DNA of 64,000 bases from Chthoniobacteraceae bacterium (GTDB lineage: Bacteria > Verrucomicrobiota > Verrucomicrobiia > Chthoniobacterales > Chthoniobacteraceae). The notes under the pieces are model-generated. The model ran no database searches, had not been told where the DNA came from, and saw only the letters and a program-made list of their open reading frames with translations. A program made the translations under genes and the position numbers. The stretch is from positions 74,884 through 138,883 of the forward strand of contig JBBCKI010000030.1 of the NCBI GenBank assembly GCA_037190965.1, in the 5' to 3' direction. Positions 28,714-38,912 of the stretch are shown piece after piece; position 1 is the first letter of the stretch, and each line of letters begins with the position of its first letter.

Positions 28714-28989
28714 GTGCAACTGATCTCACCCTCGCTGTTTCGCTTCGAAACACGGCATCCGGAGACGGGCATGCTGATCGAAGTCGAGGCGGAACATTTC
28801 CCCGCCCGTCGCGGTTCGCGCGACCGTGACGGCGTCCTGCTGGAGCCGGACGATCCCGAGGAGATTCTCATCCGCCATGTTCGCACCTGTGCAGGAACGC
28901 CGGTGCCGTTCGGCGATTTCGAGCCTTGCCTGATCGAGCAGGCGTTCTCACTACGTCTCGACCGCCCCCCGATCAAAGCGACCCGATGA
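28714..28989 (+). CDS. Small hypothetical protein
   Basis: Open frame with host-like codon usage filling a gap between genes; no recognisable motif. Confidence 0.45.
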   Translation: MQLISPSLFRFETRHPETGMLIEVEAEHFPARRGSRDRDGVLLEPDDPEEILIRHVRTCAGTPVPFGDFEPCLIEQAFSLRLDRPPIKATR

Positions 28990-29093
28990 CGCGGCACTGA
29001 CATGGCCGTCGAAATAGACACTGACAGCGCGCGGAACTCCAGTTGCGATGAGACTAATTTGGTAACGCGCGATTTTCACGAAATCGTGAATTG

Positions 29094-29723
29094 TTACCGC
29101 TCGACGATTTTTACCTGCTCGAGTTTCACCTCCGGCAGCTTCCCTTTCTTCGGGATCACACGCAGGTTGGCGACGGCATTGTGCATGACCCATTTTCCGG
29201 CGCGGTCGGGCGCATTGAAAATCAAAATAACGCTGAGGTCGTCCCCGTTCCAAAGCCCGGCTTTGCTGAGGCACGGGAAGGTCGCCTCCGTGGCGTCGAC
29301 GCGGCCCAGGGCGTTTTGCACATAGTCAGGCACCGGGAGCCGCACCGGTTTGCCTTGGTGAAGGGCGTAGATGGACAGGCTGGTGGAGAGCTTGTGCTCG
29401 TGGTCAAGCAACGCAAACCATTGGCCGCCGGGATGCCAGACGACCTCGCAAGGAGGGACATCCGCATCGGGGATCCGCGGGCGGCCCAGAGGAATGCGAC
29501 CGATCTCCCCGCCGGTTTGGGTATCGACCAGGCGGATGAAATCAGGGGTCGGCGAGTCGGGACGGCGGAACTGGTAACGTCCATCGCCGGAAGCCCCACC
29601 GTCGACGACGGCTTCCCTGTCCTCTCCACGGGCGGTGGCGGGTTGAAGAAATCCTGCGGCGGCGGCAAGCATGGCAGCGGCGGCCAGGACTCTGGCAAGC
29701 CGCGTCGGCGATGGATAAAGCAT
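29094..29723 (-). CDS. Hypothetical exported protein
   Basis: Ala-rich signal peptide; VVWHPGGQWFAL propeller-like strand. Confidence 0.7.
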   Translation of the reverse strand: MLYPSPTRLARVLAAAAMLAAAAGFLQPATARGEDREAVVDGGASGDGRYQFRRPDSPTPDFIRLVDTQTGGEIGRIPLGRPRIPDADVPPCEVVWHPGGQWFALLDHEHKLSTSLSIYALHQGKPVRLPVPDYVQNALGRVDATEATFPCLSKAGLWNGDDLSVILIFNAPDRAGKWVMHNAVANLRVIPKKGKLPEVKLEQVKIVER

Positions 29724-29850
29724 TGCGGCTGAGCATCGCAGCGGTAAGCGGCTTCTGCCAGCACGAAGAAGCCGAAGCGGGAAATTCGAGCTTGGCTAGC
29801 GTTCTGACAGCTGTTCCAGTATCGGCCCTTTCGCCACTTCTAAAACTGCC

Positions 29851-31509
29851 ATGCAAACCATCGTCATCGGACATCGCAATCCGGATATGGATTCAATCTG
29901 TGCCGCCATCGGCTACGCCGAGCTAAAACGGCTGATCGGCACTCCCGATGTGATTCCCGCGCGCGCGGGAAGTACGAATGAGCGCATCGATTTTGTCCTG
30001 AACAAATTTGGCGTGGAGGCTCCTGTCTTCATCAGCGATCTCCTGCCGAGAGTGGCGGATGTGATGGAGCGGGACGTGATCTCCATTACCGCCAATTCCT
30101 CGATCTACGAAGCAATTCAGGTGATCGAAAGCAACCAGATGCGGGGGCTGCCCGTGGTGGGGCCGGACTCCCGCTGCATCGGGTTGTTGTCCGCGTTCAA
30201 GGTTCTGCACCATCTTTTCCCGCCACCCGGGGAAACGGAGAACGCTCGGGTCGTCATGGCTTCTCTGGCGGAGATTGCCCGCACCTTCGGCGGGCGGACC
30301 CTTTCCGGCGAGGCCTGCCAGACCGTGGAGAAGTATCGGCTCGTCGTCGGCGCAATGGCCGCGGAGTCGTTCCAGGAACGCTTGCAGCGGCATCAGGCCA
30401 GCGGAGTCGTCGTGATCGTGGGGGACCGCGAGGAAATTCAATTGGCGGCGATTGCGGGAAGGGTGCGAGCGGTGGTGGTCACCGGCGATCTTCCGGTAAG
30501 CGACGCGGTGTATGAGGCGGCAGCCCGGTTCGGAGTCACGATCATCGGCTCTCCCCGCGATACCGCCACGACGATGCTGCTGGCGCGCGGTGCCGCCAAT
30601 GTGGAGCAGAAAGTGGAGACGGAATACCTGAGCTTTGCGCCCGACACGCTGCTGGAGGCCGCGCGCGAAGCGGCTGCGGTCAGCGGGCAGTTCCTTTTCC
30701 CGGTCATCGAGGAGGGCCGCCTTGTCGGCATTCTTTCCAAGAGCGACTTTCTGAAAACCGTCCCACGCCAATTGATCCTGGTCGATCATAATGAGCTTTC
30801 GCAGGCGGTCACGGGAGCCAGCGAGGTACCCATCATCGAGATCCTCGATCACCACCGACTTGGCGGCTTCTCCAGCGATACACCGATCCTTTTCTGGAAC
30901 AATCCGGTGGGGTCCACCTCCAGTATCGTCGCCATGTGCTACCGGCAGCACGGAGTGGAAATCCCCAAGTCGATTGCAGGCCTGCTGATGGCGGGGTTGA
31001 TCTCCGACACGCTCAACCTGACTTCTCCCACGGCCACTGCCGCCGACGCCGAAATATTGAAGCACCTCTCCATGCTCGCCGAGACCGACCCGGCCGTTCT
31101 TGCCGAGGAGATTTTCTCCGTAGGCTCGCCGCTCATGACGATGACCCCCGAGCAGGCCGTCAACGCCGATTGCAAGGAGTACTCCGAAGAGGGGCTGCGC
31201 TTCACCGTCGCCCAGATTGAAGAATTGAGCTTTTCGCATTTTCGCGAAAAGGAGAAGGCGTTGATTGAAGCGCTCGACCAGCATTGCCGGGCGGGGCGTT
31301 ACCTCTTCTCCGCCCTGCTGGTGACCGACATCAACACGAAGACCTCCATCCTGCTCGTTTGCGGGGCCAAGGCGTTCTTGGAACGGATCGACTACCCACA
31401 CTTGGGCCCGAACCAATGGGAACTGGAAGGGGTGGTTTCGCGCAAAAAACAGCTTTTGCCATACCTACTGGGGTGCCTGCACGGGCTGGACCGGGCGGAA
31501 ATCGAGTAA
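29851..31509 (+). CDS. ppaC: Family II Mn-dependent inorganic pyrophosphatase with CBS and DRTGG insert (CBS-PPase)
   Basis: GHRNPDMDS, VGDRE (DRTGG), ILVDHNE, ILDHHR, VGSTSSI, ISDTL, VVSRKKQ. Confidence 0.93.
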   Translation: MQTIVIGHRNPDMDSICAAIGYAELKRLIGTPDVIPARAGSTNERIDFVLNKFGVEAPVFISDLLPRVADVMERDVISITANSSIYEAIQVIESNQMRGLPVVGPDSRCIGLLSAFKVLHHLFPPPGETENARVVMASLAEIARTFGGRTLSGEACQTVEKYRLVVGAMAAESFQERLQRHQASGVVVIVGDREEIQLAAIAGRVRAVVVTGDLPVSDAVYEAAARFGVTIIGSPRDTATTMLLARGAANVEQKVETEYLSFAPDTLLEAAREAAAVSGQFLFPVIEEGRLVGILSKSDFLKTVPRQLILVDHNELSQAVTGASEVPIIEILDHHRLGGFSSDTPILFWNNPVGSTSSIVAMCYRQHGVEIPKSIAGLLMAGLISDTLNLTSPTATAADAEILKHLSMLAETDPAVLAEEIFSVGSPLMTMTPEQAVNADCKEYSEEGLRFTVAQIEELSFSHFREKEKALIEALDQHCRAGRYLFSALLVTDINTKTSILLVCGAKAFLERIDYPHLGPNQWELEGVVSRKKQLLPYLLGCLHGLDRAEIE

Positions 31510-31529
31510 CCGCCGATCAATTTAATTTT

Positions 31530-31608
31530 CTCGCGCCAAGCCCGCCAAGCTCGCCAAGTTTTGGAAGTTACCTCCTGATCTTGGCGGCCTTGGCGGGCTT
31601 GGCGCGAG
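31530..31608. repeat. (CGCCAAG-nn)x3 inverted-repeat element, copy 3
   Basis: CTCGCGCCAAGCCCGCCAAGCTCGCCAAG...CTTGGCGGCCTTGGCGGGCTTGGCGCGAG; lies between convergent genes. Confidence 0.8.
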
Positions 31609-31633
31609 ATATCTTCCGGCATCTATCGCATCC

Positions 31634-32083
31634 TCACCGCAAAAACCGGCCCAAATTCTCCGATTCCCATCGGCGGGCGCGGGTATAGAGCGGAAATAGC
31701 CTTTCACGGGCCTTGAATCGCTCCGTGTGGACCAACCGACGGCCGTTTTGATCGAATTCGTCCGGAATAACGGCATGAAGCATCTCGTGGTACATGACGT
31801 ACTCCATGAACCAGAGCGGCACAAAAGAGGCATCCAGAAGGGGATGCACCCGGATGACGCGGTCTTCCTCCTGGATGGAGGCAAAAACGAAGTAGCTTTT
31901 GGGACGCCGCCTGCGCCGCCGCCCCCACATGACCCGGTAGCGGGGAAGGGCCATGGCAAAATACTTCGCGTTCAGCTTGTCGAAAATAGCCTTGAGATCG
32001 AAGTACTTCCCTTCGTGATCCACTACAAGCTGCCGCTGATAGGGCAGCGATAGACAGGCAACTTTACGTTTCCGCCTAGGCAT
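31634..32083 (-). CDS. SprT-like / M48-type HExxH metalloprotease-domain protein
   Basis: FDKLNAKYF, IRVHPLLD, YVMYHEMLH, HTERF. Confidence 0.8.
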   Translation of the reverse strand: MPRRKRKVACLSLPYQRQLVVDHEGKYFDLKAIFDKLNAKYFAMALPRYRVMWGRRRRRRPKSYFVFASIQEEDRVIRVHPLLDASFVPLWFMEYVMYHEMLHAVIPDEFDQNGRRLVHTERFKARERLFPLYTRARRWESENLGRFLR

Positions 32084-32122
32084 GGCGGAGAAAATTACCT
32101 TCCCCGCAGCCGGTAGCAAGGT

Positions 32123-33220
32123 TTACGTATCGGTAGAGACTTTTTTAACAATTGAGTCCAAAAGTTGCTCCAGGCGCTTCACCCGCTCCCAAAGTTTGGG
32201 GAGACGGTTAATGTAGGCGACTTTTTCCTTCTCTTCACGAAGCGGAGTAGCCGGGATTCCCCAGACAACCGATTTGGCTGGCAGATTTTTGCTCACCCCG
32301 CTCTTGGCCGCGATGATCGACTGGTCACCAATCTCGATGTGTCCGACAACACCCACCTGGCCCGCCATGGTGACATAATTGCCAACGCGGGCACTCCCGG
32401 AAATTCCCACTTGGGAGATAATGAGCGAATGCTTCCCGATCACGACGTTGTGGGCGATCTGCACAAGGTTGTCGATTTTGCTCCCCTCGCCAATCCAGGT
32501 TCTGCCGAAACGCGCCCTATCGATGGAGGTGTTGGAGCCGATCTCGACGTCGTCGTCGATCTGGACGATCCCTGTCTGAGGGATCTTCACATGCCGCCCC
32601 TGGGCAAATTCATACCCGAAGCCGTCGCTGCCGACGACCGTTCCGCTGTGGATGACGACGCGGTTGCCCAAGACGCACCGTTCACGAACCGTCACGTTGG
32701 GGTAAAGATGACATCCGGAACCGATCTTGGCTCCATGGCCGACATAAACATTGGCTCCGATGACGGTCCCTTCGCCGATGACTGCACCGGGCTCGATGAC
32801 GGCATGGGCTTGAACGGAGACCGAAGCGCCAAGGCAGACGTTCTCCCCGATCACGGCGCTTGGATGAACGCCGGGCGCGAAAACGACGGGAGCCGGCGCA
32901 AGATGTTCCAAAACCTGCGCGAACGCCAGCGAGGGGTTGGCAACCCGCACCGCGATGGCAGGGATCGGCTCGGCAAAATCTTCCGGAACCAACACGCAGG
33001 TGGCGCGCGTGGCCTTCAAGGCGGGAAGGTACTTGGCGTTGCCAAAAAAAGTGACATCGCCTTCGCCGGCTTCAGCGAGCGAGGCGGCCCCAGTGATCCG
33101 CACGGACACCGGATCCCGTTCGGAGGGAAGCTCCTGTGCTGATTGAACCGATTGGGCGTTGGGGCTACGCACGACTCGCCCGCCGACAAGGCGGGCGAGT
33201 TCTTCGACAGTAAAGTCCAC
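32123..33220 (-). CDS. lpxD: UDP-3-O-(3-hydroxyacyl)glucosamine N-acyltransferase
   Basis: Hexapeptide repeats, GSDGFGY, KIPQTG, KIDNLVQIAHNV. Confidence 0.96.
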   Translation of the reverse strand: MDFTVEELARLVGGRVVRSPNAQSVQSAQELPSERDPVSVRITGAASLAEAGEGDVTFFGNAKYLPALKATRATCVLVPEDFAEPIPAIAVRVANPSLAFAQVLEHLAPAPVVFAPGVHPSAVIGENVCLGASVSVQAHAVIEPGAVIGEGTVIGANVYVGHGAKIGSGCHLYPNVTVRERCVLGNRVVIHSGTVVGSDGFGYEFAQGRHVKIPQTGIVQIDDDVEIGSNTSIDRARFGRTWIGEGSKIDNLVQIAHNVVIGKHSLIISQVGISGSARVGNYVTMAGQVGVVGHIEIGDQSIIAAKSGVSKNLPAKSVVWGIPATPLREEKEKVAYINRLPKLWERVKRLEQLLDSIVKKVSTDT

Positions 33221-33234
33221 TCCGTTAAAAAGAG

Positions 33235-33855
33235 CTACTTCTTCTTGGAAGCGGCAGGAGCGGCAGCCTCGGAGGTTTCCTTCGGCTTGTTCTTGTTCAG
33301 AACGGAAATGATTTCTTCGCTGAAATCGCTGGTCTCGCGGGAGTAAAGAACGACCGGAACGCCGTTGATGCTGTTCCCGGACTTATCGAGGACGAGGTCG
33401 AACTGGCTGGCCTTGACCTTCTCCTGAATGACCGCGTTGATTTCCTTCACGATGCCGTCGCGCATGCGAACGGCCTGCTCCTGGAGGGCCTGCTCGCGGG
33501 AACGCTTGAATTCGTTGATGTCGCGCTCCATTTCGATGCGCGCGGCGATCTTCTCATCACGCTCCTTGGCTTTCTTCTCCTTGGCGTCTTTGCTCAGCTC
33601 CGGCTTGCCAAGCTCTTCGTTGAGCTTGTTAATTTCGGTGCCGTTCTTGGTGTAATTCTCCACCCGCTCGTCCAATTCCTTCTTGGCGGTGGCGCGAGCT
33701 TCGTTGACCCGGTTCTCTGCTTCCTTCGTCTTGTAATACTTGCTGAAGACTTGGGCCATGTCGACGTAGCCGACCTTGATGTCTGCCTGGGCAGACACGA
33801 CGGAGCCGAAGCCGAGCGCAGTGATAAGGGTGGCGAGTGTAAAGGTTTTGTTCAT
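33235..33855 (-). CDS. skp: Periplasmic chaperone Skp/OmpH
   Basis: Signal peptide, KVGYVDM, long coiled coil, FDLVLDKS; between bamA and lpxD. Confidence 0.92.
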   Translation of the reverse strand: MNKTFTLATLITALGFGSVVSAQADIKVGYVDMAQVFSKYYKTKEAENRVNEARATAKKELDERVENYTKNGTEINKLNEELGKPELSKDAKEKKAKERDEKIAARIEMERDINEFKRSREQALQEQAVRMRDGIVKEINAVIQEKVKASQFDLVLDKSGNSINGVPVVLYSRETSDFSEEIISVLNKNKPKETSEAAAPAASKKK

Positions 33856-33915
33856 TGAGTTGATTTAGATGGAAGCGATTTCAGTTAGGGTGAGACTTCG
33901 AAGGCGTATTTTCGT

Positions 33916-36243
33916 TCAAAATTGGTATCCGATGTTGAAGTTAAATTTACCGCCTTTGCTGCTGTCATATCCTTTTTGGACCGGAATCCCGTAGTCAATC
34001 CGGACCGGGCCGATCGGAAGATCGAGCCGGACGCCGAGACCGACGTCGGAAGCAATGTGACCAAAACCGAAGTCGTAAGCACCGGAATTGACGATGCCGG
34101 TGTCATAGAAAACCGCGCCGCGCACCCGGTCAACCACAGGGAAGGTGTACTCTGCCGTGAAGCGAGCGAGCGACCTGCCGCCGATCGGCTCCCCGTTCTT
34201 GTCCTTCGGGCTGACGTTGCGGAAATTGAAGCCGCGCAGGTTGTTGGCGCCGCCAAGGTAAAGCCTGTCGAAAATCGGCACGCCTTTGCCATCACCCCCG
34301 CCCCAGGAATCAACCACGGCCACCTCGCCGTTCAGGGTGAGGATGGTATCCCACGGAAGCGAGATGTAGTGGCTGGCCTCCAGGTCGAACCCGTAGATCT
34401 TCACGTCGCCGCCAAGCGGGCCGCCCGCGACGTAGGTGGTGAGTTCGGCACGGGTTCCCTTGCGGGTCAGGAAGACGCTGTCGCGCGTGTCGTAGGTGAG
34501 CGAGGGCGAAAGCTGGCTCTTGAGGTGATTACCCTCCTGGCTCTTGATCTCGTCGGATACATCATGCGCCATGTTGTAAAGCGTGATGTTCTCCAGCCGG
34601 TAGTCGAGCCTCCACGACATGAACGGGTTAATCGCCTTGCGCGTAAAGAGATTGAACCCGTAGTTGCGCTGGTCGTACACCGAGCTCAGGAAGGTGGCGT
34701 CGTGGTAGAAGAGCTCTCCGCCAACGGCCAGTTCGTAATCGAGGAAGTACGGCTCGGTAAGCGAGACGACGAAGTCTTTACGCCGGGCGCCATATTGCAC
34801 GCGGGTGCGGAAACGCTGACCGCCACCGGTGAAGGTGGGCCAGTTGGTGATGTCGAAGTTCGCCTGGGTCACTTCGACAAAGCCGATCAAGCTGTCGATG
34901 GAGCTGAAGCCGGCGCCGAAGTTCAGGGAGCCGGTGCGCTTCTCGGTGACCACCACATTGAGATCCTTTTTCCCGGGGATCATCGTTTCCGACGGGAAGA
35001 CGTCGACGCGATCGAAGTAGTTCAGGTTCTTGAGGCGCTCCTTGCTGACGTCAACGCGAACCGTGTTATAGATCTCGCCCGGGGCAACGGCCAGTTCGCG
35101 GCGGATCACTTTGTCCTTGGAGCGGGTGTTGCCGCTGATCGTGACATGGTTGACGTACGATTGCGTCCCTTCTTCCACGCGGTAGACGACGTTCTGAAGG
35201 AGCGTCCCGCCCGGCGTGGTTTCAGGGATGACCTGCACGTCGATGTAACCGCGTGCGCCGTAAAGATCCTGGATGCCTTTGACGTCGGCTTCCAGCCCAA
35301 GGGGCGAATAGGTCGAACCCGGCTTGAGCCTGAGCTTGGAGATCACGTCCTCGGGCGTCAGCACTTCCGTGCCGACCACGGCCACGGTGCCGACTTTGTA
35401 TTGAGAGCCTTCCTTGATCGTGAAGATGAGGTCGACATCAGCCTTGCCGGGAACCCGCTCGATCTGCGGCTCTCCCACCTGAACGTCGAGATAGCCGTTG
35501 TTCTGATAGTGATCCCGGAGGGCGGCAACGTCGTCGAAGAGCTGATCGTTCTGGAGCCTGCCCGCCTTCGTGATGAAGGAGAGGAAGGTACGCGTGTTGG
35601 TCTTGATGACCTTGCGCAACTCGCGGTTGGAAAAAACGGTGGCCCCTTCGAAGCGGATACGACGAACGACCGTTTTGCTGGCCTCGGTCACGATATAAGT
35701 GACGATGGCACTGTTGGTCTTCTCGTCCGTGGAAACCTTGGCCTCGACGGTGGTGTCCGTGTAGCCGCGCTCCTGGTAAAACGCGAGGATCTTCTGGCGG
35801 TCAGCCTCCAGGTTGGATTCGGTGAGCTGTTCGCCAGGCTTGGAGAGAAGCTCCTTGCGGAGCTTCTTGGTCTTGACCTGCGTGACGCCTTCCAGCCGGA
35901 CCTCCTTGATGGTGGCCTTGGTCTGGACAACGACGATGACACGAACCCCGTCCTCGGTCGGTTCGCCGAAGATGCGGACGTTGGAGATGTTGCCCGTGGC
36001 GTACAGATTGCGAATATCTTCCTCCACCGCCGCGTCCGAATAAGGACGGCCCACGCTGGTGCGCATGTTAGCCAGGATCCGCTGTTTGCTGATCGTTGCC
36101 GGGCCGGCGTACTGGACTTCAATGCTCTTGACCGTGGGCAACTGCCCGTTCTGCGCGAAGAGCATCGGCGAGGTGGCAACGCTAAAAGTTGCTACCGCGG
36201 CGAGAAAAAGATGGCTGGGTCGCATAAATCGCATTTGTCGCAT
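33916..36243 (-). CDS. bamA: Outer-membrane protein assembly factor BamA
   Basis: POTRA repeats (GNTRSKDKVIRRE), TGSLNFGAGFSS, LRGF motif, PIGPVRIDYG, C-terminal FNFNIGYQF; start may be 36225. Confidence 0.96.
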   Translation of the reverse strand: MRQMRFMRPSHLFLAAVATFSVATSPMLFAQNGQLPTVKSIEVQYAGPATISKQRILANMRTSVGRPYSDAAVEEDIRNLYATGNISNVRIFGEPTEDGVRVIVVVQTKATIKEVRLEGVTQVKTKKLRKELLSKPGEQLTESNLEADRQKILAFYQERGYTDTTVEAKVSTDEKTNSAIVTYIVTEASKTVVRRIRFEGATVFSNRELRKVIKTNTRTFLSFITKAGRLQNDQLFDDVAALRDHYQNNGYLDVQVGEPQIERVPGKADVDLIFTIKEGSQYKVGTVAVVGTEVLTPEDVISKLRLKPGSTYSPLGLEADVKGIQDLYGARGYIDVQVIPETTPGGTLLQNVVYRVEEGTQSYVNHVTISGNTRSKDKVIRRELAVAPGEIYNTVRVDVSKERLKNLNYFDRVDVFPSETMIPGKKDLNVVVTEKRTGSLNFGAGFSSIDSLIGFVEVTQANFDITNWPTFTGGGQRFRTRVQYGARRKDFVVSLTEPYFLDYELAVGGELFYHDATFLSSVYDQRNYGFNLFTRKAINPFMSWRLDYRLENITLYNMAHDVSDEIKSQEGNHLKSQLSPSLTYDTRDSVFLTRKGTRAELTTYVAGGPLGGDVKIYGFDLEASHYISLPWDTILTLNGEVAVVDSWGGGDGKGVPIFDRLYLGGANNLRGFNFRNVSPKDKNGEPIGGRSLARFTAEYTFPVVDRVRGAVFYDTGIVNSGAYDFGFGHIASDVGLGVRLDLPIGPVRIDYGIPVQKGYDSSKGGKFNFNIGYQF

Positions 36244-36473
36244 TTAGGGAATCGAAAAGAAGATCAAGCAGTCAAGGGCACGCGGCTTCCAGAAAACCTG
36301 ACATGGAGTGGCGGCTATGAATGGAGGTTTACCCCAGAAAGGTCAAGAATCCTTTACCTTCGGTTAAACAGGATTTCGGATGAGCCAGGCATCAGGGAAA
36401 CCACTATTAAACCTCACGGCTAATGACCTACACCCATTCGATTAACAATCCTTATCTCCCATAAAACCGGCGT

Positions 36474-37586
36474 TCATCGAGGGTTTTCCCCCGGGGTGTT
36501 GAGGAGGCGATACCAGTTATCGCGGACGCGCGGTTCGTAGCCGGCTTGCGAAATCAGGACTTCGATCTCTTCCTTGGCGAGGCGGAAGCTCGTCCCGGCG
36601 CTGCTGACGACATTTTCCTCCATCATGACGGACCCGAAATCATTGGCTCCATAGTGAAGCGCGATCTGCCCGATCTTCGGCCCCTGTGTGACCCAGGAGC
36701 TTTGCACGTTCTCGAAGTTGTCGAGGTAGATCCGCGAAAGCGCCTGCATCCGCAGGTATTCCGCCGAGCCGACAGGGGTACCCTTCAGAACGGTATTCTC
36801 CGGCTGGAACGTCCAACAGATGAACGCCGTAAAACCGCCGGAGCGGTCTTGTTGCACACGGAGTCGCTCCAGGTGTTCGAGCCGCTCGTCGATGGATTCC
36901 ACGTGGCCGAACATCATCGTCGCGCTGGAGTTGAGGCCGAGCCCGTGGGCGATATCCATTACCTCCAGCCATTGGTCGGAGTTGCATTTGAGCGGCGCGA
37001 TCCGGTTGCGCACGCGATCCACGAGAATCTCCCCGCCCCCGCCGGGGATGGAGCCAAGCCCGGCTTCCTTGAACTTCGCGATCACCTCGCGCAACGGCAT
37101 CTTGAAGACCGTCGAGAAATGGTTGAACTCCGGCGGGCTGAAGCCGTGGATATTGATATGGGGGAACTTCTCCCGCATATGCGAGAGCATCCCAAGGTAA
37201 AAATCGATGCCCAGCTTGGGGTGGTGCCCTCCCTGCAGAAGCACCTGCACGCCGCCGATATCGGTCAACTCCTGCAACTTCTGGTCGAGTTGCTCCTGCG
37301 AAAGGACGTAGTGGTCCTCGTCTCGCTCCGTGCGATAGAACGCGCAGAACTTGCAGTAAACGTTGCAGACGTTGGTGTAGTTAACATTGCGATCGATGAT
37401 GTAGGTGACGATCTCATTGCCGCGACCGCCGAAAGCCGCGCCCCGGGCCAGTTTGCGGCGGGCGTTGGCAAGCTGCCCCAGCTCTTCCAGCGGGGCGTAG
37501 TAAAGCTCCTTTGCTTCGGCGGCGGTGATCCGCTCTCCAGCGAGAACTTTGTCGGCGATCGATTCGTCCAAACGGGGTGCGACCAT
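36474..37586 (-). CDS. mqnC: Dehypoxanthine futalosine cyclase (radical SAM)
   Basis: DRNVNYTNVCNVYCKFCAF, PGGGGEIL, ATMMFGH, GANDFGSVMMEENVVS. Confidence 0.92.
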   Translation of the reverse strand: MVAPRLDESIADKVLAGERITAAEAKELYYAPLEELGQLANARRKLARGAAFGGRGNEIVTYIIDRNVNYTNVCNVYCKFCAFYRTERDEDHYVLSQEQLDQKLQELTDIGGVQVLLQGGHHPKLGIDFYLGMLSHMREKFPHINIHGFSPPEFNHFSTVFKMPLREVIAKFKEAGLGSIPGGGGEILVDRVRNRIAPLKCNSDQWLEVMDIAHGLGLNSSATMMFGHVESIDERLEHLERLRVQQDRSGGFTAFICWTFQPENTVLKGTPVGSAEYLRMQALSRIYLDNFENVQSSWVTQGPKIGQIALHYGANDFGSVMMEENVVSSAGTSFRLAKEEIEVLISQAGYEPRVRDNWYRLLNTPGENPR

Positions 37587-37621
37587 GGTGGTTGCGGGTT
37601 TAGCAGATGAGGCGACGGATG

Positions 37622-38638
37622 TCAGCGTTCTTTCAGTGAGGCGCAGATTTCCCCGATCAACGCGGGGCCCCGGTAGATGAACCCAGTGTAGAGCTGCACC
37701 AGCGCGGCTCCGGCATCGAGCTTCTCCAGCGCGGCGTCGGCGTCGAAGATACCGCCGACGGCAATGACCGGGAGCGGTGTCCGCGCGGTGATGAAGCGGA
37801 CAATTTCCGTGGAGCGCGCGCGCAGAGGGCGCCCGCTGAGACCGCCGGTCTCGTCCTTCCCGGCAGGAACCGGGGAGTGGTCGAGCGTCGTGTTGGTGGC
37901 GATCAACCCGGCAAGACCGTTCGCCGTGACCAGTTCGAGGATCTCTTCGATTTGGGCAAACTCCAGATCAGGCGCGATTTTGAGCAATAGCGGCTTCGGG
38001 GTCGGTTTCGCCCGGTTGGCCGCCTGCACCGCGCCGAGCAGTTCGGCAAGTTCCGCCTTTCCCTGAAGGGAGCGAAGCCCGGGGGTGTTTGGCGAACTGA
38101 CGTTGAGCACGAAATAATCGCCCAGGGCGAAAAGGCGTTCGAAAGAACGAAGGTAATCGCCGGTGGCCTCTTCCAGCGGCGTCACCTTCGATTTGCCGAG
38201 GTTGATCCCGACAGGAATACTCGGCCAGAGCCCGGAGAGTTTTAGGCGCTCAAGCCGTTGCGCGACCGCCTCGGAACCGTCGTTATTGAACCCCATCCGG
38301 TTGATGAGCCCGCCAATCTCCGGCACGCGAAAGATGCGCGGCTTCGGGTTGCCCGGTTGAGGCAACGCGGTGATCGTTCCCGCCTCGATAAACCCGAACC
38401 CGAGCGCCTGCCACGCCGGGAGCGCGACGCCATTTTTGTCGAACCCGGCGGCAAGCCCGACGGGATTCGGAAACCGAAGACCGAAGACCGTCCTGGCTAG
38501 TTTAGGATCGTGCGTGGGCCGGATCGGCAGCTTCGACAACACCCGCAAACCCGCCATCGCGGCATGATGGATCGTCTCCGCGTCGAAGCGGAACAGAAGG
38601 GGACGCAAAAGGTGATCGTAAATCGCAGACGGGATCAT
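37622..38638 (-). CDS. pyrD: Quinone-dependent dihydroorotate dehydrogenase
   Basis: NPVGLAAGFDKNG, INRMGFNN, NVSSPNTPGLR, LKIAPDL, GGLSG. Confidence 0.96.
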   Translation of the reverse strand: MIPSAIYDHLLRPLLFRFDAETIHHAAMAGLRVLSKLPIRPTHDPKLARTVFGLRFPNPVGLAAGFDKNGVALPAWQALGFGFIEAGTITALPQPGNPKPRIFRVPEIGGLINRMGFNNDGSEAVAQRLERLKLSGLWPSIPVGINLGKSKVTPLEEATGDYLRSFERLFALGDYFVLNVSSPNTPGLRSLQGKAELAELLGAVQAANRAKPTPKPLLLKIAPDLEFAQIEEILELVTANGLAGLIATNTTLDHSPVPAGKDETGGLSGRPLRARSTEIVRFITARTPLPVIAVGGIFDADAALEKLDAGAALVQLYTGFIYRGPALIGEICASLKER

Positions 38639-38722
38639 CGGCTTCTTTCAACCCGAAAACCGAGGCTGGAGCGAGCGGAATTGTGCAAGACCGCCCACGT
38701 AAAGGATGCGGGAGGGAAAGCT

Positions 38723-38882
38723 GGTGCGGCAGCACCGGTAGCACGCTCGCGCCGCCGAGCGCGGGATTCGGCTCCCGTCGCCTCCTGCAGGCCGCATCCC
38801 AACAGCAGCAGCCGTCCCGCGGGGATGAAGGCCAAACGTGCCTCGTACGCCCATCCCGCGCTCTCGGCGAGAGCGGTCTACC
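38723..38882. repeat. REPIN-like element, complete copy with mini-hairpin
   Basis: GGTGCGGCAGCACC-GGTAGCACGCTCGCGCCGCCGAGCGCGGG...CCCGCGCTCTCGGCGAGAGCGGTCTACC. Confidence 0.87.
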
Positions 38883-38912
38883 TAATGTCCTCCATGTTCC
38901 CGCCGCGAGGCG

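Noticed and set aside
33922..36423. Long antisense ORFs (833 aa opposite bamA; also 498-2105, 38982-40841, 29923-31416, 40910-42127)
   Set aside because: Shadow frames of well-identified genes caused by high-GC codon bias; no motifs of their own.
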